Position numbers and translations under genes: made by a program
Notes under the pieces: model-generated
What the model was told of the DNA's origin: nothing
Seen by the model: only the letters and a program-made list of their open reading frames with translations
Databases searched by the model: none
Source: Cycas panzhihuaensis
Lineage: Eukaryota; Plantae; Cycadophyta
NCBI GenBank assembly: GCA_023213395.1
Contig: CM041465.1
Span: 200,267,741-200,331,740, forward strand
DNA: 64,000 bases
Direction: 5' to 3'
In this document: piece by piece, positions 1-13,796 of the stretch
How positions within the stretch are numbered: position 1 is the stretch's first letter
Layout: each line of letters begins with the position of its first letter

Positions 1-3000
1 TTTTTAGTTACATGTTTTATAATGGTACAGATGCCCTGACTAAAGAGGATATGTAGATTCTACTTATTCATTTGACTAATAAAGAGCAAGTTTATTTTCA
101 TTCATGAAACAAGGAACATATTGTTAATATAGTGCCTAATATTAGAATCTTTTAATACTATAGGATCTCTACTAATTTTGGCCACATTATATGTCAAATT
201 ATCACCAAATATGACTATTTGGGTGCTTATTGGGTGGGTCTCTTCCAACATCTTTTCTAATCCAGTCATGTGTCTAGTTACACTCGAGTTAAGGAGCTAT
301 GTGTTGTTATTATTCTAATAATCTAGAGCTATAAAGAATAGGTTATGGAAGGAGGAATCCTAGTTGTCTCCCATATTATCTCCTTATTATTGAATATTTT
401 GCTAGTTTCTTTAATTTCTATTAGAGAACCATTATCTACTCTATGATCTTTGACTCTATGTAGGTCTTGGATTCCAATTCTATTGGTAGAATTAGCCTTG
501 TGGTTAAAATGATAGACCTCCTTATGGATTGAAAGGGCCTCCTTATTGTGAAATAAGGTTACCTTATTGGAAATAAGGGGTATCTTGTTGTAAAATAGGG
601 CCTTCTTATTATGGAAAAGGGGCTCCTTATGGAGGGTATGGTCCTCCTTGTTGATAATGTTATCTTTGTTGATGGTAGCTTGGTCTACCTTATTGATAAG
701 AGGGTACTCATTATTAATAAAAGGAGGCTATTATTTGATAATATAGGGCAACTTTTTGGAAGCTAGGCCCATAAGATTAGCTCCCTTTATTTTATAAGAG
801 TTGTAAGTTAGCTTAACATCTCCTTCATTCAACAATAAGGTGACCATTTTTTTCATAGTAAAGGTAAGTGATATTTGGTCTACTCTATTGGTTCTTTTAT
901 GGTTGAGATTATGGTTAATGTTAGGACTGTTGAGGCTACTAACTTAGATTAGAGAAGGCACCAACTAGATGTTATTACTATTGAGTTGGCTACTAATAGG
1001 CTCTTGAGAGATGTTAAGAGAGTCCAATTATTAAGTGAGGTTTTAGAGTTGATTGGGCTACTGAGCTATCCTTTATATAGTCTTACCTTTTTTTGAATTA
1101 TAGGCTGTAAAGGCAGGGGGCTGAGTTAGAAGTAGATGTAACCCCAAGTCAATTAAGAATATTTTCTTCTCATAATAAGAGCCCCTCAAAGGTGATGAAG
1201 TCTATTTTTAAATAACTGTCATGAAGTTTAGAGAAAAAACTATTATATTTTATGGGTAAAATGTTCAAGATTCTAGATATTAGGAAATGATCTGAAGATA
1301 GTTCACCTAAGATTATCAATTGGTTCCTAATGGTCTTTACTTTAGTGAACTACGCTGTAATAATACCTATAAATAGATGGAAAATAAGTAAGCTTTAAGG
1401 GCCAAGGACCTAGATTCATTCTTTCTCTCATAGAGAGTATAAGGAATGGTCCATGCCTCATGAGAGGTTTAGGTTGTTTCTATGTTTTGATCCACTTAGT
1501 CTTCAACCACCAACTAGAGGAAGGATAAAGAAATATTTTCCTTAGATTTAAAGTTAGATAAGGCTATAAGATTAGGAGGAATTGAGGTATCAGGATTATT
1601 GGGATCTTGTTTTAGTCTCCATTGACACAAGTCTAAGAGTCATTCATGATAAATAAGTTTTTGACTTATTTTTTCCATGGGATGAAATTGTTAATACCAT
1701 TAAGTTTAATTGTGTTAGATAATAACATTTGTTCTACCATTTTTCTAAGTTTTTTATTTTTACGTGTTCCTTTAAATTTTATATGCTTTTATACTAATCT
1801 ACTTAAGGGGCTACTAATCTAGGATTCTAAGTTTTAAGGGTTTTTAAAAGAGTTTTTAGTTATCATTTGGTCTAGTGGCACCTACCTACAAGTGGAAAAC
1901 TAGGGATCCTATATACTAGTATGTGAGCTCAATGCTCTATATAGATTAGTACATGCGATACAAAGAAGTTTAATGACCTCCCTTGATTTATTTCTTCACC
2001 TACATTAAACTTATGCCTAATGATAGATATAGTAGTGAGAATTTGAATAACTAAGGGACTCACCCCCTCTAGGTCTAGCCTAGTCTCTAAACTCTAATAG
2101 AAAGGTTTCCACCTCGACCTACCACTTATTATACTTTATAGTCAATGGTTTTCTTAATAAATTAGAGTAGACCAAGGGTGTGTATGGGGTGGTAATTTCA
2201 TGGGTCCTAACTATTCCCCTTATAAGGCTAGTATAAGTGTGGTTGATTTAGGAGTTATCTTTTTTAATATGATAATACTAATTTTATGATGTGATTTGTT
2301 ACGATAAAGGTTCTTAAAAAAAAAAAAACTAAAATATAAAATAGAAATAAAAGAAATTAAAGGACAAAAAATGGTTTAGAGTCCTCTTTAGGTGGGCTTG
2401 CTAAAGAAAGAGCCACTTCAATCTTCTAAGGGTAACACTTATAAAAAAACTAATACCATGCACTTTGTTAGCCTAAAAACCATAATAAGATAATTGATTA
2501 AAGGTTAATAATAACATAAAGCAATAAAAGAACTTCTAAAAAATTAAATTTAGCCTTTAAAAATAATGAGAAAAAAGACTTTAATATTATTAAATACCAA
2601 GCTCTATTTTGGAAACCTATAACTTAGTAAAATGGCTTCAAATTAGGCTTAATCTAATTCCAAGCTATAGTCCTCTAAATCCTCTTTTTGTTAGCCTAAA
2701 CAATTTGGAAAATAGACACCTAGTTATAGAGTTATGGATAAAATAGTGCAAGTACCCTATTATGCAATAGACTTGAGAAGGTATGGGCTTAAACCCCTTT
2801 AGAAAGTAGCACCCTGTCACCTACAGACTACATAGAACCACCTACTGATGCAGCTAGAGGGTAAATAGACCCAAAATATTATCAAATCTGATCTAATCCT
2901 TTTGATTATGTAAAATAATATAAAATAGCTAATTATATTTTGAGGTCCATCCTTTAAGTGAGGAATGAGGTCATATGAGAGATGATAAGGCTAAATATAA

Positions 3001-3695
3001 GGGGGCTAGCCATCTAAATCTAAGTAAAAATTAAATGTAACTTGATTTTAATGACTAAAATTCAATCTTAGGAAAAAAACATAAAACTTTTTGAGAAAAA
3101 ATAAATTATGGAGTTACACAGTGATGTGTAGCTTGTGAGAGGAACGAGAGGCCAAACAACCACTAAATTGATTATTGTTCAATCTAAAATTGATGGAGGG
3201 AGGATGTAGGAGTTAGAGGAAGCCAATGGAAGTAAGTTTGACTCAAAATGAGCTCAAAATAAGCAAGAAAAGGTTACATAGTGTATTGAAGGTTTATGAT
3301 CAAAATTGCTTAGAAATAAGCTTTGAATAGTAGAAAACTCATTTAGATGGACTATAAAGACTGAGAATGAGGCTAGATCACCATGAGAGAGGAACATCCT
3401 GCTTTAGTAGATAGATTTGTCTCGATCTAAGATTGAAATGGCTTGCAAATAGGTTGCTTCCTTTATTGTTTGCTAAAAAATAGAACTCTAAGCACATATG
3501 ACTGTAAATAGACTGAATATTAGTTGTATGAGACTAAGATACATAGAAGAGGGATTGAACTTATGTCAATATAATAGTATGCATGAATAACTAAGAGAAA
3601 AATAGAGAAATGAGTGAAAATGCGATGTCATTATGAGGGAATAGGCCTAATTTTTCACTATTTTTTTTAAACACTTTAAACTAAAGCATAAAATA

Positions 3696-3707
3696 GCTAT
3701 GATACCA
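3696..3707 (-). promoter_or_regulatory. tRNA-Met primer binding site of Copia A
   Basis: The reverse complement TGGTATCATAGC has 1 mismatch to canonical TGGTATCAGAGC and directly follows the LTR end ...TTATCA. Confidence 0.85.
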
Positions 3708-3839
3708 TGATAAAAACCTTCCAAGATATAAAAATCATCTACTACTAACATAAAATCAAGCTACGCTAACACAAAAATGTAATAATTATGCAAGAACATG
3801 AGCAGAACTGAGATAATCAACATTCACAGGTGAATTGGT

Positions 3840-4149
3840 TAAAAGAGGTTAATGTATTAAGGTCATTTGTGTAGATTAATTAAGTGACCTTAGGGTATAT
3901 TGTTAGCATTAGTCTCTTAGTAAAATACACTTTATGTATATTTAAATGTAATTTTAGGTTTATATCATTAGGTAGAAAAATCCTAACCCTAATGCTCACC
4001 CTCAATAATAAAAGGTGAAATATCAAGGAAGGAGTCATTATTCATTTTTACCTCCAAGCTTTACTCTCATATCTTATTTTCATCTCTTAATTTTCTATTT
4101 CTATTGCATATATGTGAGTGATTTATTCTCTAGATACATCCTTCTTTCA
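3840..4149 (+). repeat. 5' LTR of Copia C
   Basis: Aligns with 11088-11396. The start is mutated TG>TA, it ends in CA, and the PBS follows. Confidence 0.92.
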
Positions 4150-6129
4150 TGTGGTATTAGAGTTAGAAAGGGGATCTATTCACTCCATTCCACTTTCATG
4201 GAGTCATTTTACCTCTTCTTCACCTCTAATGTTAAGTATTAAGAGTGCACTCATTATTTTCAAAATTTTTAGAGTTTTTTAATCATCTAAAGCTTAGATT
4301 TCATTTATAATATATTTTAGTATCCTCTATTTATTTGGAGGTGCATTGAGGATCAAAACTATTAGTTAGAAGAAAATTTCTTGGCTTTAGGCTCCTGAAA
4401 AAAAATTAGTTTTTTATTAATCTTTATAGCTAATTTTAAATCTTACTAAGGAATATTCTATTAATTTTTCATCATAAATTAATTTTTAGTTATAAAATAC
4501 ATACTATAAAGCTATAGGGCAAATTGTTAGCTACTCGTAGGTGGCAGAAATAGGCCTAAATCATTTGGGAAAAAGGTTGTTTAGTCCTACGGGAGGTGAA
4601 AATTTGAAAGTTGTCTATTTTTGCTAAAAATTTATAAGGAGGGACATCCAAGCAAGAAAAACATTTTTGTCTTCTATACCATCTCTGAATTTTACCTCAA
4701 TCAACCTCAAAAAGTAGAAGTTTAGTCACCTCTAATTTGATTACCTTTCGAGAAAATTTCTCAGAAGTTTCAATGCATATCAAAATTTCTTAAGGGATTT
4801 AGTAGATCTAGCCTCAAGGAATCTAACAAATCAATTTTCATTAGATTTAATGTATCCGAGAGAGAGATTTCTTCAAATTTTAGATTTTTGCTAAGGAAAG
4901 TCTGATAGGAGTTTCAACAACTTTCGGGTTATTTCTGCTTATTTTTAGAAGTTTCACTAGATGACTTTTTAACTCACCATAGTGAGATCTATCATCTAGA
5001 AGAGTGAAGTTTTGAGTCAAAATGTATCAACTATTTTGTATGACTACATGACCATATAGAATTTTCTCACATAAGATTCAAATTCTTCTCACTTTTCCTA
5101 ATACTTTCTCTTTTTAGTCAAAATTTAAGTTTAGAAGTAAATTTTCAAGTTTTTTTTTTTTTTTTGCTTTTTCCCTTTTCTTAATAAAAAAGAAGGGTTT
5201 TTTCAAATAGTAAAAGTATAAAAAACTCATTGTAATAGTAAAACACATGGACCATAGAAAAATCTAGTGTTTATACTTAGTATCTTTGTATGTTTGTTTA
5301 TGTACATCTATGTTGATAGATGAAAGCAACATAAAGGAGGTATAAAAGTAAGCATCAACATATTAATAATTCATTTCAATAATATAAATATAAACACATT
5401 TACATATTCCCTAAAATGAATCCATTATATTCAACTTATACTGCCAAGCCTTGACTTATGCGTACACTCATGTTAGTTGAAATAGACCATGGTTGGATGA
5501 AGTTTGAGCCTTAAGGGAGGTGTGAGTTTTATACTAGGTCTGGTTTTAACTGGAATACTAGTAGAGTAATAGGTTATCTATACCTACAATCTCCCTTTAG
5601 GGATTATCCTTATAATTAGTTAAGACAACTAAAACCTTAATGTAAGATTAAAATCAAATTAGCCTAATATCTATCATAGCAATGGGATACACATGTACTG
5701 CTTGACTCTTCAGAGGAGGTATATAGCTACTCACTGATGAGATAGGTGAGGATTGGGAGTACCTAAGTTCTACTTTGACTTAGATTTCATCACCAAATAT
5801 AAGTACAAGTATCGCGAGTGAAGGTTCTAATTATATACTAGAATCCTTAGGCATTGAAACCTCACCTACATTTAGACATAAGTTAGAGGTTAGTAGTATG
5901 ACACATCACCAGTCTTTGCCAGCTCTATATTAGACCTCATTCTTATATCATTGCTTATACTTATTCTTTATAGTTGTTGAAAAAGACTTAATCATTGCTT
6001 ACCTCTTCATCATAGTATTTATTCTGTATCCCTACTATGCTAGGTGTACTAGCCATACAAACCAATGACATATATTTCTATCATCTCTTCTACTTCTTCA
6101 TCATTACTATATGATCTTAATTTAAGTAG

Positions 6130-9100
6130 AATGTTAACTGTATATTAAAAGGTAAAGAAAATTATGATTTGTGGTATAATGGAATTAAAAATACTACAAA
6201 GTATGAAGGCCTTTGGAGAGTCCACTTGTAGCCTACACCCATCATACCTATAACAACTACAACACCTGCTTCTAGTGGAACTGCTCTAATAACTCCTACA
6301 GATGCCATAGCCAAACTATAATAGGAGATAGATCATGAAAAGATTTATGTAGGAATTCTATTGGTTACTAATCACTCCTTGCATAACTTAATTGAGGAAG
6401 AGTAACATGATATAACCTAGAAGGTCCTTGAAGTTATCAAGAAGAACTTTGATACTAAGTTAGACTTAGAATTTGTTCATCTTATTCTAAAAATAAATAA
6501 ATTAAAAATGCAGAATGGAAGAGCTCATGAGACAATAAATATATTTCTACTAATAAAACTAGCAATTGACAAAGATTTAAAAACCTAATGTATCACTTGG
6601 GTATTCTTGATTTAATCATGTCTACATGTCCCTGATTATAAAAACTTGTTTAGAAGTCTTCAATCTAGTGGAACATTGAAGACACTTAACTTTGAAGCAC
6701 TTACTAAGAAATTCATAAAACTTGAGAAGATCTTTGATAGCAACTTTATAGCCTTTGACTCTCTTCTAGATGCAGCCTTTGAGATAGAAGAAGAAGCTTA
6801 CTATATAAAGAATCAAGATCCCTCTCATGGCTGAGGAAATAATTGAGTAAGAGGAAGAGGAAGAAATATGGGAAATCATCCACAAGGTCAACCAAACTCT
6901 AAGTCACATCCTCAATAGTCTCAAGGCCAAGGGCCATCTTAACAAAAAATAAGACAATTAGGCCAAACCAATACCTCTTCAGGGACTAACAATCAAACTA
7001 GTATATGTGATCAGTATAACCATAAAGGGCACTTTACGAAAGATTACAAAACTACTACTCATAAGTTGGCCAAGTTCTAACCAAAACATATAGCTCACAA
7101 TGTTGAAGAAGCTTGTGAAAAATTATTTAGTGATATAAGGTTTGCTCAAACTCACTTTTAAAGAATTGAGGGATGATTTAGCATCAAATACTATTGACCA
7201 ATTACAAAGATACTTTCAAGCTTGATGTATATATATCACTTATGAATTCCCTTCACTAATACCAACTCCTATTGGAATTATAAATAGTATTGCTTCAATT
7301 AGTGGATAGTGGATCATGGACATAGAAACAACTCAATATATGATGTATAATCACATTCTATATTAAACATTTGAATCAAATATTTAAGGAGTTATTCACA
7401 TGGCTGATAAATCATAATAACCTATTGAAGGAATTGGTAACATTTGTCTGAAACTCCTAATCTTAAGAGATTTTACATTACTTGATGTCCTACATATACC
7501 CAATCTTAAACAAAACCTTCTCTCCTTATCTACACTTGTCTCTCATGGATTTATTCTGAGTGTAACTGTAAATGACCAAACTCTTTATGTCATTTACCCT
7601 CTAAATGATCGAATGGTCTTAATTGGACATCTCATTAGTAAACTCTTTAGACTAAATGGATTTCCATCTTCTGAAGTCCATTATGCCCAAAGCCCTTATG
7701 TCAATGAAGAATTTACATTTAACACCATCCTAACCCACCCAACATTGTCACTAGGAGCTCTTTGGCATGCTCACATGGGCCATGTTCACATTGATAAACT
7801 TAGAGATCTTTGTAACACTCTTTTAAGTATTCCAAAGTTATCCTCAAAGCCCCTTAAATATGAAGCTTGTATTATTGCCAAATCTCATTGACAACCCTTT
7901 CCCAAAATTTACTGAAAATCATGCCATCTATTACAATTGGTATATTATGATCTATACAGACTAATACCCATTCCTTCACTAAAGGGCAAGTTATATTACA
8001 TCTCTTTCATTGATGATTTTACTAGGAAAGTATGAGTAGCTTTTTTACACAAGAAAGATGAAGCCTTATATGTATTCAAAAAATTAAAAGACTACACTAA
8101 AAAATATTTAGGTTACAAACTCTAATATTTTTGAACTAATAGTGGTGACAAATATATCTCACATAAGTTTGAAAGCTACCTTTAAGACAATGGCATCAAA
8201 CATCAAACAATAGTAGTAAGTACTCCATAGCAAAATGAAGTTGTTGAGTGCATGAATAAGATAATTATAAACAAGGCTCAAGCTATATTGGTATATAAAA
8301 ATGTACCTTCCTTCCTATGGGATAAAGCCATCTGGATAACTATTTATTGCATCAATGTTGTTAGCTCATCAAAGGAAGGATAATCACCTAATAAAAACTG
8401 GTCAAGACAAGCCCCCATTATTTACTAGTTCAAAACTTTTAGCTCTACGTATTATACCTACATTCTAGATGCAGATCAAAATAAACTCTAACTAAGGGCA
8501 CTTAAAGGAATCTTTGTCAGATACTTATAGATAAGAAAGGTATAAGGTGTTCATACCTTCACAATAAAAATTTATTGTTACTAGAGATGTCATTTTTATA
8601 GAGACAAAGGATTAGTTACTTAGACTAGACTTCAAAACACCCTTATACTGCTATAATGATATTATCAAGTATGATGTTCAAATTTTAAATTTTACAGGGG
8701 GAGATATACATAAATTACTCTAAATATTAGAAACTGATAATAGAGCCTTGGAAGATATAAGCTATGACTCTGAATTAACGAGTGCACACCCATCACCATT
8801 CTTTGAAGATAGTAGAGTTGACAAAGATAAAATAGTAGTATAAGGACCATCTTCCCCAAGTGCATTACCATCCTCCTTATAAAATGATCATTTAGTTGAG
8901 CAAGATGAGAACTAATAAGTTGAGGAAATAAGGACCTCATTCCCAACTTAAGGATCTCGTGAAGCCTACTAGGTCAATAAGAACATATGACTAAATGAGA
9001 TGGGAAAAACTAGGACTCAAAGTGCCCATAGAGTATGGATATAAGAATTATTATATACTAAGCTTGAACTAATAGAACATCATCTTACTCTTAATGAAGG

Positions 9101-10620
9101 GCCCCTCTCATACCAGGAAGTTATGAAATATACAGTTTGGAGAAATGTAATAAATGAAGAATACAAATCTCTCTTAAAAAATGGTACATGGGAGCTCATT
9201 GATCTACCACTTGGCAGAAAAGTAGTTTAAAATAAATGGGTGTTCAAAAATAAATATAAATCAGATGGCACCCTTAAAAAACACAAGGCGAGCTTGGTAG
9301 TTAAAGGATTCACACAAAGGGAAGGTATCAACTACACTGAAGTCTTTACACTTATAACCACGTGGCCTATAATTAGAACTCTTGTGGCCTTGGCTACTCA
9401 ACAGGGCTAAAAAATCCATGAGCTTGATATTAAGACCATGTTCTCAATGGGGATCTTGAAGAGGAAATTTATATGGCTCAACTAGAAGGATACAAGATCA
9501 AAGGCTAAGAGAATAAGGTTTGCAGGCTTAAGAGGTCCTTATACAACCTTAACCAAGCCCCTCATGCTTGGTTTACTAAGTTGTCTGAAAGAATAAGGCA
9601 ACTTCGATATGAGGTTTATGACTACTAAGATATTGATGTAACATTATTCATCAAGCAATAAAAAGATAAAGTCACTTATCTCATATTTTTTGTGGATGAC
9701 ATACTAGTAATGGGTAATAGTGAATATGCAATAAGCTAACTAAAAAAAGAACTTGGCTAAATGTTTAAATTATCTAACCTTATATTGATGAAATATTACT
9801 TGAGAATTGAAGTAACACAAAAGAACGAAAAAAATTTCCTCTCCCAAGAAAAATATATCAACGATCTTCTAACCAAGTTTGAGTTAAAAGATACTCAACT
9901 AGTGGTTACACTTATGAACCCTAATACCAAACCCTTAGTTGATGGTGACACTAGGGAGGTAGATGCAATACTCTATAGAAAACTTGTAGGTAATCTCATC
10001 TACACTACTAATATAAAGCCAAATATTGTATACTCTATCAATATTATTGTATGATTCATGACAAATCCTAAGTAGAATCACTAGTAAATTATAGTTTAAG
10101 TGTTAAAATATCTAAAGATAACTAATAAATTTGGTCTATTGTATGAACCTAATAATGGATTTATGTTTTCTATCTACATAGGATTAGACTTTGTAGGAGA
10201 TAAAGATATAGGAATATCTACATCTAGGTATGTAACATTTCTTGGAATAGCACCAATATCATACAGACCTAGATGGAAAAAGATAGTTGTTGATTCAACT
10301 GTCGAAGTTGAATACATTACTACTTTTGAGACTAGCAATGAGGTGATATTGCTTAGAAAATTATTGGAAACATTGAATATCACCCAAACAAGTCCTACCG
10401 ACCTTCGTATAGATAATTAATTAGCAATCCACATTGCGAAAAATCTTGTATTTTATGATTGTATTAAATATATAAGTATAAAAGTCTACATGATTAGAGA
10501 ACTAGTTCATGATGACATAATTCAACTAGAATACTACTGCACAATAGATTAAGTGGTTGATATCTTCACCAAACTACTATAAAAGGTGAAGTTTAAATAG
10601 TTCCAAAGGTAGCTCACCCT
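6130..10620 (+). pseudogene. Copia gag-pol pseudogene of element C
   Basis: Decayed zinc knuckle CDQYNHKGHFTKDY (~7005-7045); protease WIMD (~7310); GAG-pre-integrase LWHAHMGH (~7760); integrase YYISFIDDFTRK (~7995); RT KWVFKNKYKSDG and FVDDIL (~9690); RNase H STVEVEYI and DIFTK. Many stops. Confidence 0.93.
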
Positions 10621-11087
10621 TAGGACCTCCATCTTTGATTGATCAAAGAAGATGGCAACAGGATTGTCATACTCTATTCTATTTATAAAAATCCTTATGG
10701 GCACATAAGAATAAAAGTAAGTCTCTACTCTATCTTATTTATGAAAATCCTATGTGGGCACAATAGGATAAAGGTTATACTAGTTTTAGAAAATCAAAAC
10801 CTGTGAAAACTTGAAAGGGTATAAGGGATGACCAAATGGTATATGGAGACTCAGCAGACCAAGTTGTATATTTAAGTTATATGGATATCAGACTACATCA
10901 AGAGCCACCTTATCCATATTGATTTATAAAAGGGGTTATAGATCTTAGAAAGTTTATGAATGTTTATTACATATAAGGGTTTTTCCACAAAAGTATCATT
11001 TAAAATTTTAATATAATAATGATACTCAAATGAAGACCTCATAGAATAGATTTTCTTAAAATGACCTTCTACCATTAAGGGGGGGAT

Positions 11088-11396
11088 TGAAAGAGGTTAA
11101 TATATCAAGGCCATTTGTATAGATTAATTGACCTTAAGGTCTATTGTTAACATTAGTCTCTTAGTGAAATATGCTTTATGTATATTTGGATATAATTTTA
11201 GGTTTATATCATTAGGCAGAAAAATCCTAACTCTAACACTCACCCTCAATAATAAAAGGTAAAATCTTAACGAGGGAGTCATTATTCATTCTCACCTCCA
11301 AGTTTTGCTCTCATATCTTATTTTCATCTCTTCTTCATTCTCCATTATCATTGTACGTATGTAAGTGATTTATTGCCTAGATCTATCCTTCCTTTA
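11088..11396 (+). repeat. 3' LTR of Copia C
   Basis: Follows the PPT, starts TGAAAGAGG, the end is mutated CA>TA, and the TSD follows. Confidence 0.92.
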
Positions 11397-11670
11397 TTGG
11401 TCACCATGTGAGGCTCCAAAATGGTAGATGGTAGAGCTTCTACATATACTCAAAACTCATGTACAAATGAAGAATGTGGGGCTTAATTTATAAGCATCCC
11501 ACTAAGATTTTGAATAATACAATTGGCTAACTAAGTGGTATATTCAGTGGACCTAGTATGAATACAAAATATGATTAAATTTATATTGAGGGTTACCTAA
11601 AGTATACTTTATACACCTAATGTATATAAAATATAATGAAATGAAGGTTATACAATACAATATTTTAACA

Positions 11671-13796
11671 TCTTCTCATTGCTCTAAGTGATAACATCAA
11701 AACCCAAACTAAAATAATATCCTAAAGTAGACCTTCTATTATTTACACATTTAGGCTAATTATACTTTAAATATCCCTCTAGTTAAAAAGTATTATTTTG
11801 GTTAAACTTTAGTCTAAAATGTAGTAACCCCTACAAATATCTTAACACCCTCTTTATAACTTTCTAATGACTTTGCTTTAGTTTTATCATGAACTGTGAC
11901 ACCATATCGACTACAAAAGGTATGCTAGACCTAGATATAATTAAGTAAATTAAATTTCCAACTAATTACCTAAACATCATGCCATTGATATGGTCCTTAC
12001 CATCTAGAGTTATCAACTTTAATCCTATCTCTATGGGGTTGGTGTAGGTGTATATTTTCCCATTCTAAATTTCTTTAAAAATTTTCATGCATATTTAGCA
12101 TATAAAATAAAGATCTTTTGAGGCTTTTTCTACACTTCCACTCTAAAAGAGTAGTGGGGTAATCTAATATCTTTCATCTTTCTCTATGATCATAATATCA
12201 TTTGCATATAATACTATAAAATGACTAAATTTCCTTCAATCTTAATATATAGGTTTAGATCAACTAACAATCTTTCAAACTAGTTATCCAAAAGATATTG
12301 GTTGATCTTGGAGTACTAGGCTCTTCAAGCCTACTTTAGGATATATAAATCCTTCTTCAAGTGACATATTAGATGTTGTTTACCTTTAGTAACATATCTA
12401 AGTGGCTTCTCTATATAGAATTCTTCCATATACTCTATATTAAGGAAGGTATTTTTGATATCAAACTAGCTTAGTTATCATTTAAACTAAGTAGTAATGA
12501 CTAATATTAATCTAATCATCACCATATTTGGTTACTAAAGCAAATGTCTCATAGTAATCAATCCCTTATATTTGATTAAACCATTTGGCTAACAATTTGG
12601 GCTTATATTTATCAATAGATCCATCAAATATAAATTTGGTCTTATATACCCATTTGCATATAATCATCTTCTTACCTATTGGTAAATAAACCATGTCTTA
12701 AGTTCTTATTCTACTTATGGCTTAGATTTCAACGTCCATTAGTAATTTCTACTTATGCTCCTAGTTGGCCTCCTTAAAACTCAAAAGTTCTTTAATATTT
12801 AGAACATTTACTATCAAAGCAAAAATAATCGTATCAAGTCTCATCCTTGACTTCCATTTTTCTTCTATTTCAAGCAACTAAGCTTCTACAATAATCTTTA
12901 AATACCATTTGGGAAGTTTCTTAATTGGTGGAGTGACCTCAAGCTATATTTCTAGTTATAATTGTTAAGCATCTCCATACTCCTCCTCACGTACTTCTTC
13001 TTCTTCTTCCTCATGTTCTTCTTTATCATCTTCCTTCTTCATGCTTTAGTTCAATATTTGACTTAATAAACTATTATTTTAAAGAAGTATATTTAGGATA
13101 TTCCTTAATCTATTTCCCTTTGTCTTGCTAAATCTTCAAAGTGTTTAGGTCTTGATCTTGATTTATAACCTAATTGTCAACTTCTTTAAAGATGACATCC
13201 TAAGTTGTATGTATCTTCCTAGTTGTCAAATTCATGTATTCAATATACTTAACTTTCTTTAATATATCCTACAAGGATATACTTAAAACTTTTGTTGGTA
13301 AAATTTTGGAATTTCTCCTTGGGAACATGCGTATACATCACACTTCTAAGGATTCTTAAATGGATTAATATAGGTTTTCATTTTAATCATGTTTCTATAG
13401 GGGTCATATTTTATATAACTTTCATTATACTTTTATTGGTTAGGTACACTCTTTTATAAATAGTTCTAATCCAAAAAATGTCTAAGAGATTATTCAGTTT
13501 CATCATGGACTTAGCTTTTTCAAATAATGTCCTATTCATCCTCTTAAGTACATCATTCTATTATAGAGTGTACAATGATGTTAATTACTTCTTAATGCCA
13601 TGGTCCTTCCAAAACTAGACAAATGCATTAGAGGTGTATTCTCCCTTATTATCTAATCTATGTATCTTTACTCTTTGTCCATTTTTGTTTTCCATATTCA
13701 CCTTAAATTTCTTGAAGATGTTAAATTCTTGAGATTTCTTCTTTATGGGATACACATAAACATTCCTAAAAAAATCATCAATAAAAGTTAAGAAAT
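11671..13796 (-). pseudogene. Copia element B: integrase-RT-start of RNase H
   Basis: FLTFIDDFFRNVYVYPIKKKSQEF (integrase); RT C-terminus VSQFM..SH*KVIKRVLRYL; RNase H start NNRRSTLGYYFSLG cut at 11670 by the LTR of A. Confidence 0.9.

Larger units (their letters stand above)
3840..11396 (+). mobile_element. Full-length degenerate Ty1/Copia element C with TTGGT target-site duplication
   Basis: LTRs at 3840-4149 and 11088-11396; TSD TTGGT at 3835-3839 and 11397-11401; PBS TGGTATTAGAGT at 4152-4163; PPT (AA plus G-run) at 11078-11086; gag-PR-INT-RT-RH order. Confidence 0.95.
1..11670 (-). mobile_element. Ty1/Copia element A (5' part, degenerate; interrupted by element C)
   Basis: Minus-strand protease-like N-T-*-LLNSSVTRHMTG (~262-310) and gag-like SHEAWTIPYTLYERKNESRSLALKA (~1390-1465). 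The PBS TGGTATCATAGC lies at 3696-3707. The 5' LTR is 3708-3839 plus 11402-11670, starting TGTTAAAA on the minus strand. Confidence 0.85.

Noticed and set aside
5730-5780. Hammerhead ribozyme (CTGATGA)
   Set aside because: There is no suitably placed GAAA or stems, and the motif is not conserved in the paralog at ~45975.
11402-11700. Tandem Copia pair sharing one LTR
   Set aside because: The LTR interrupts B's RNase H mid-domain with no PPT, so it is a nested insertion.
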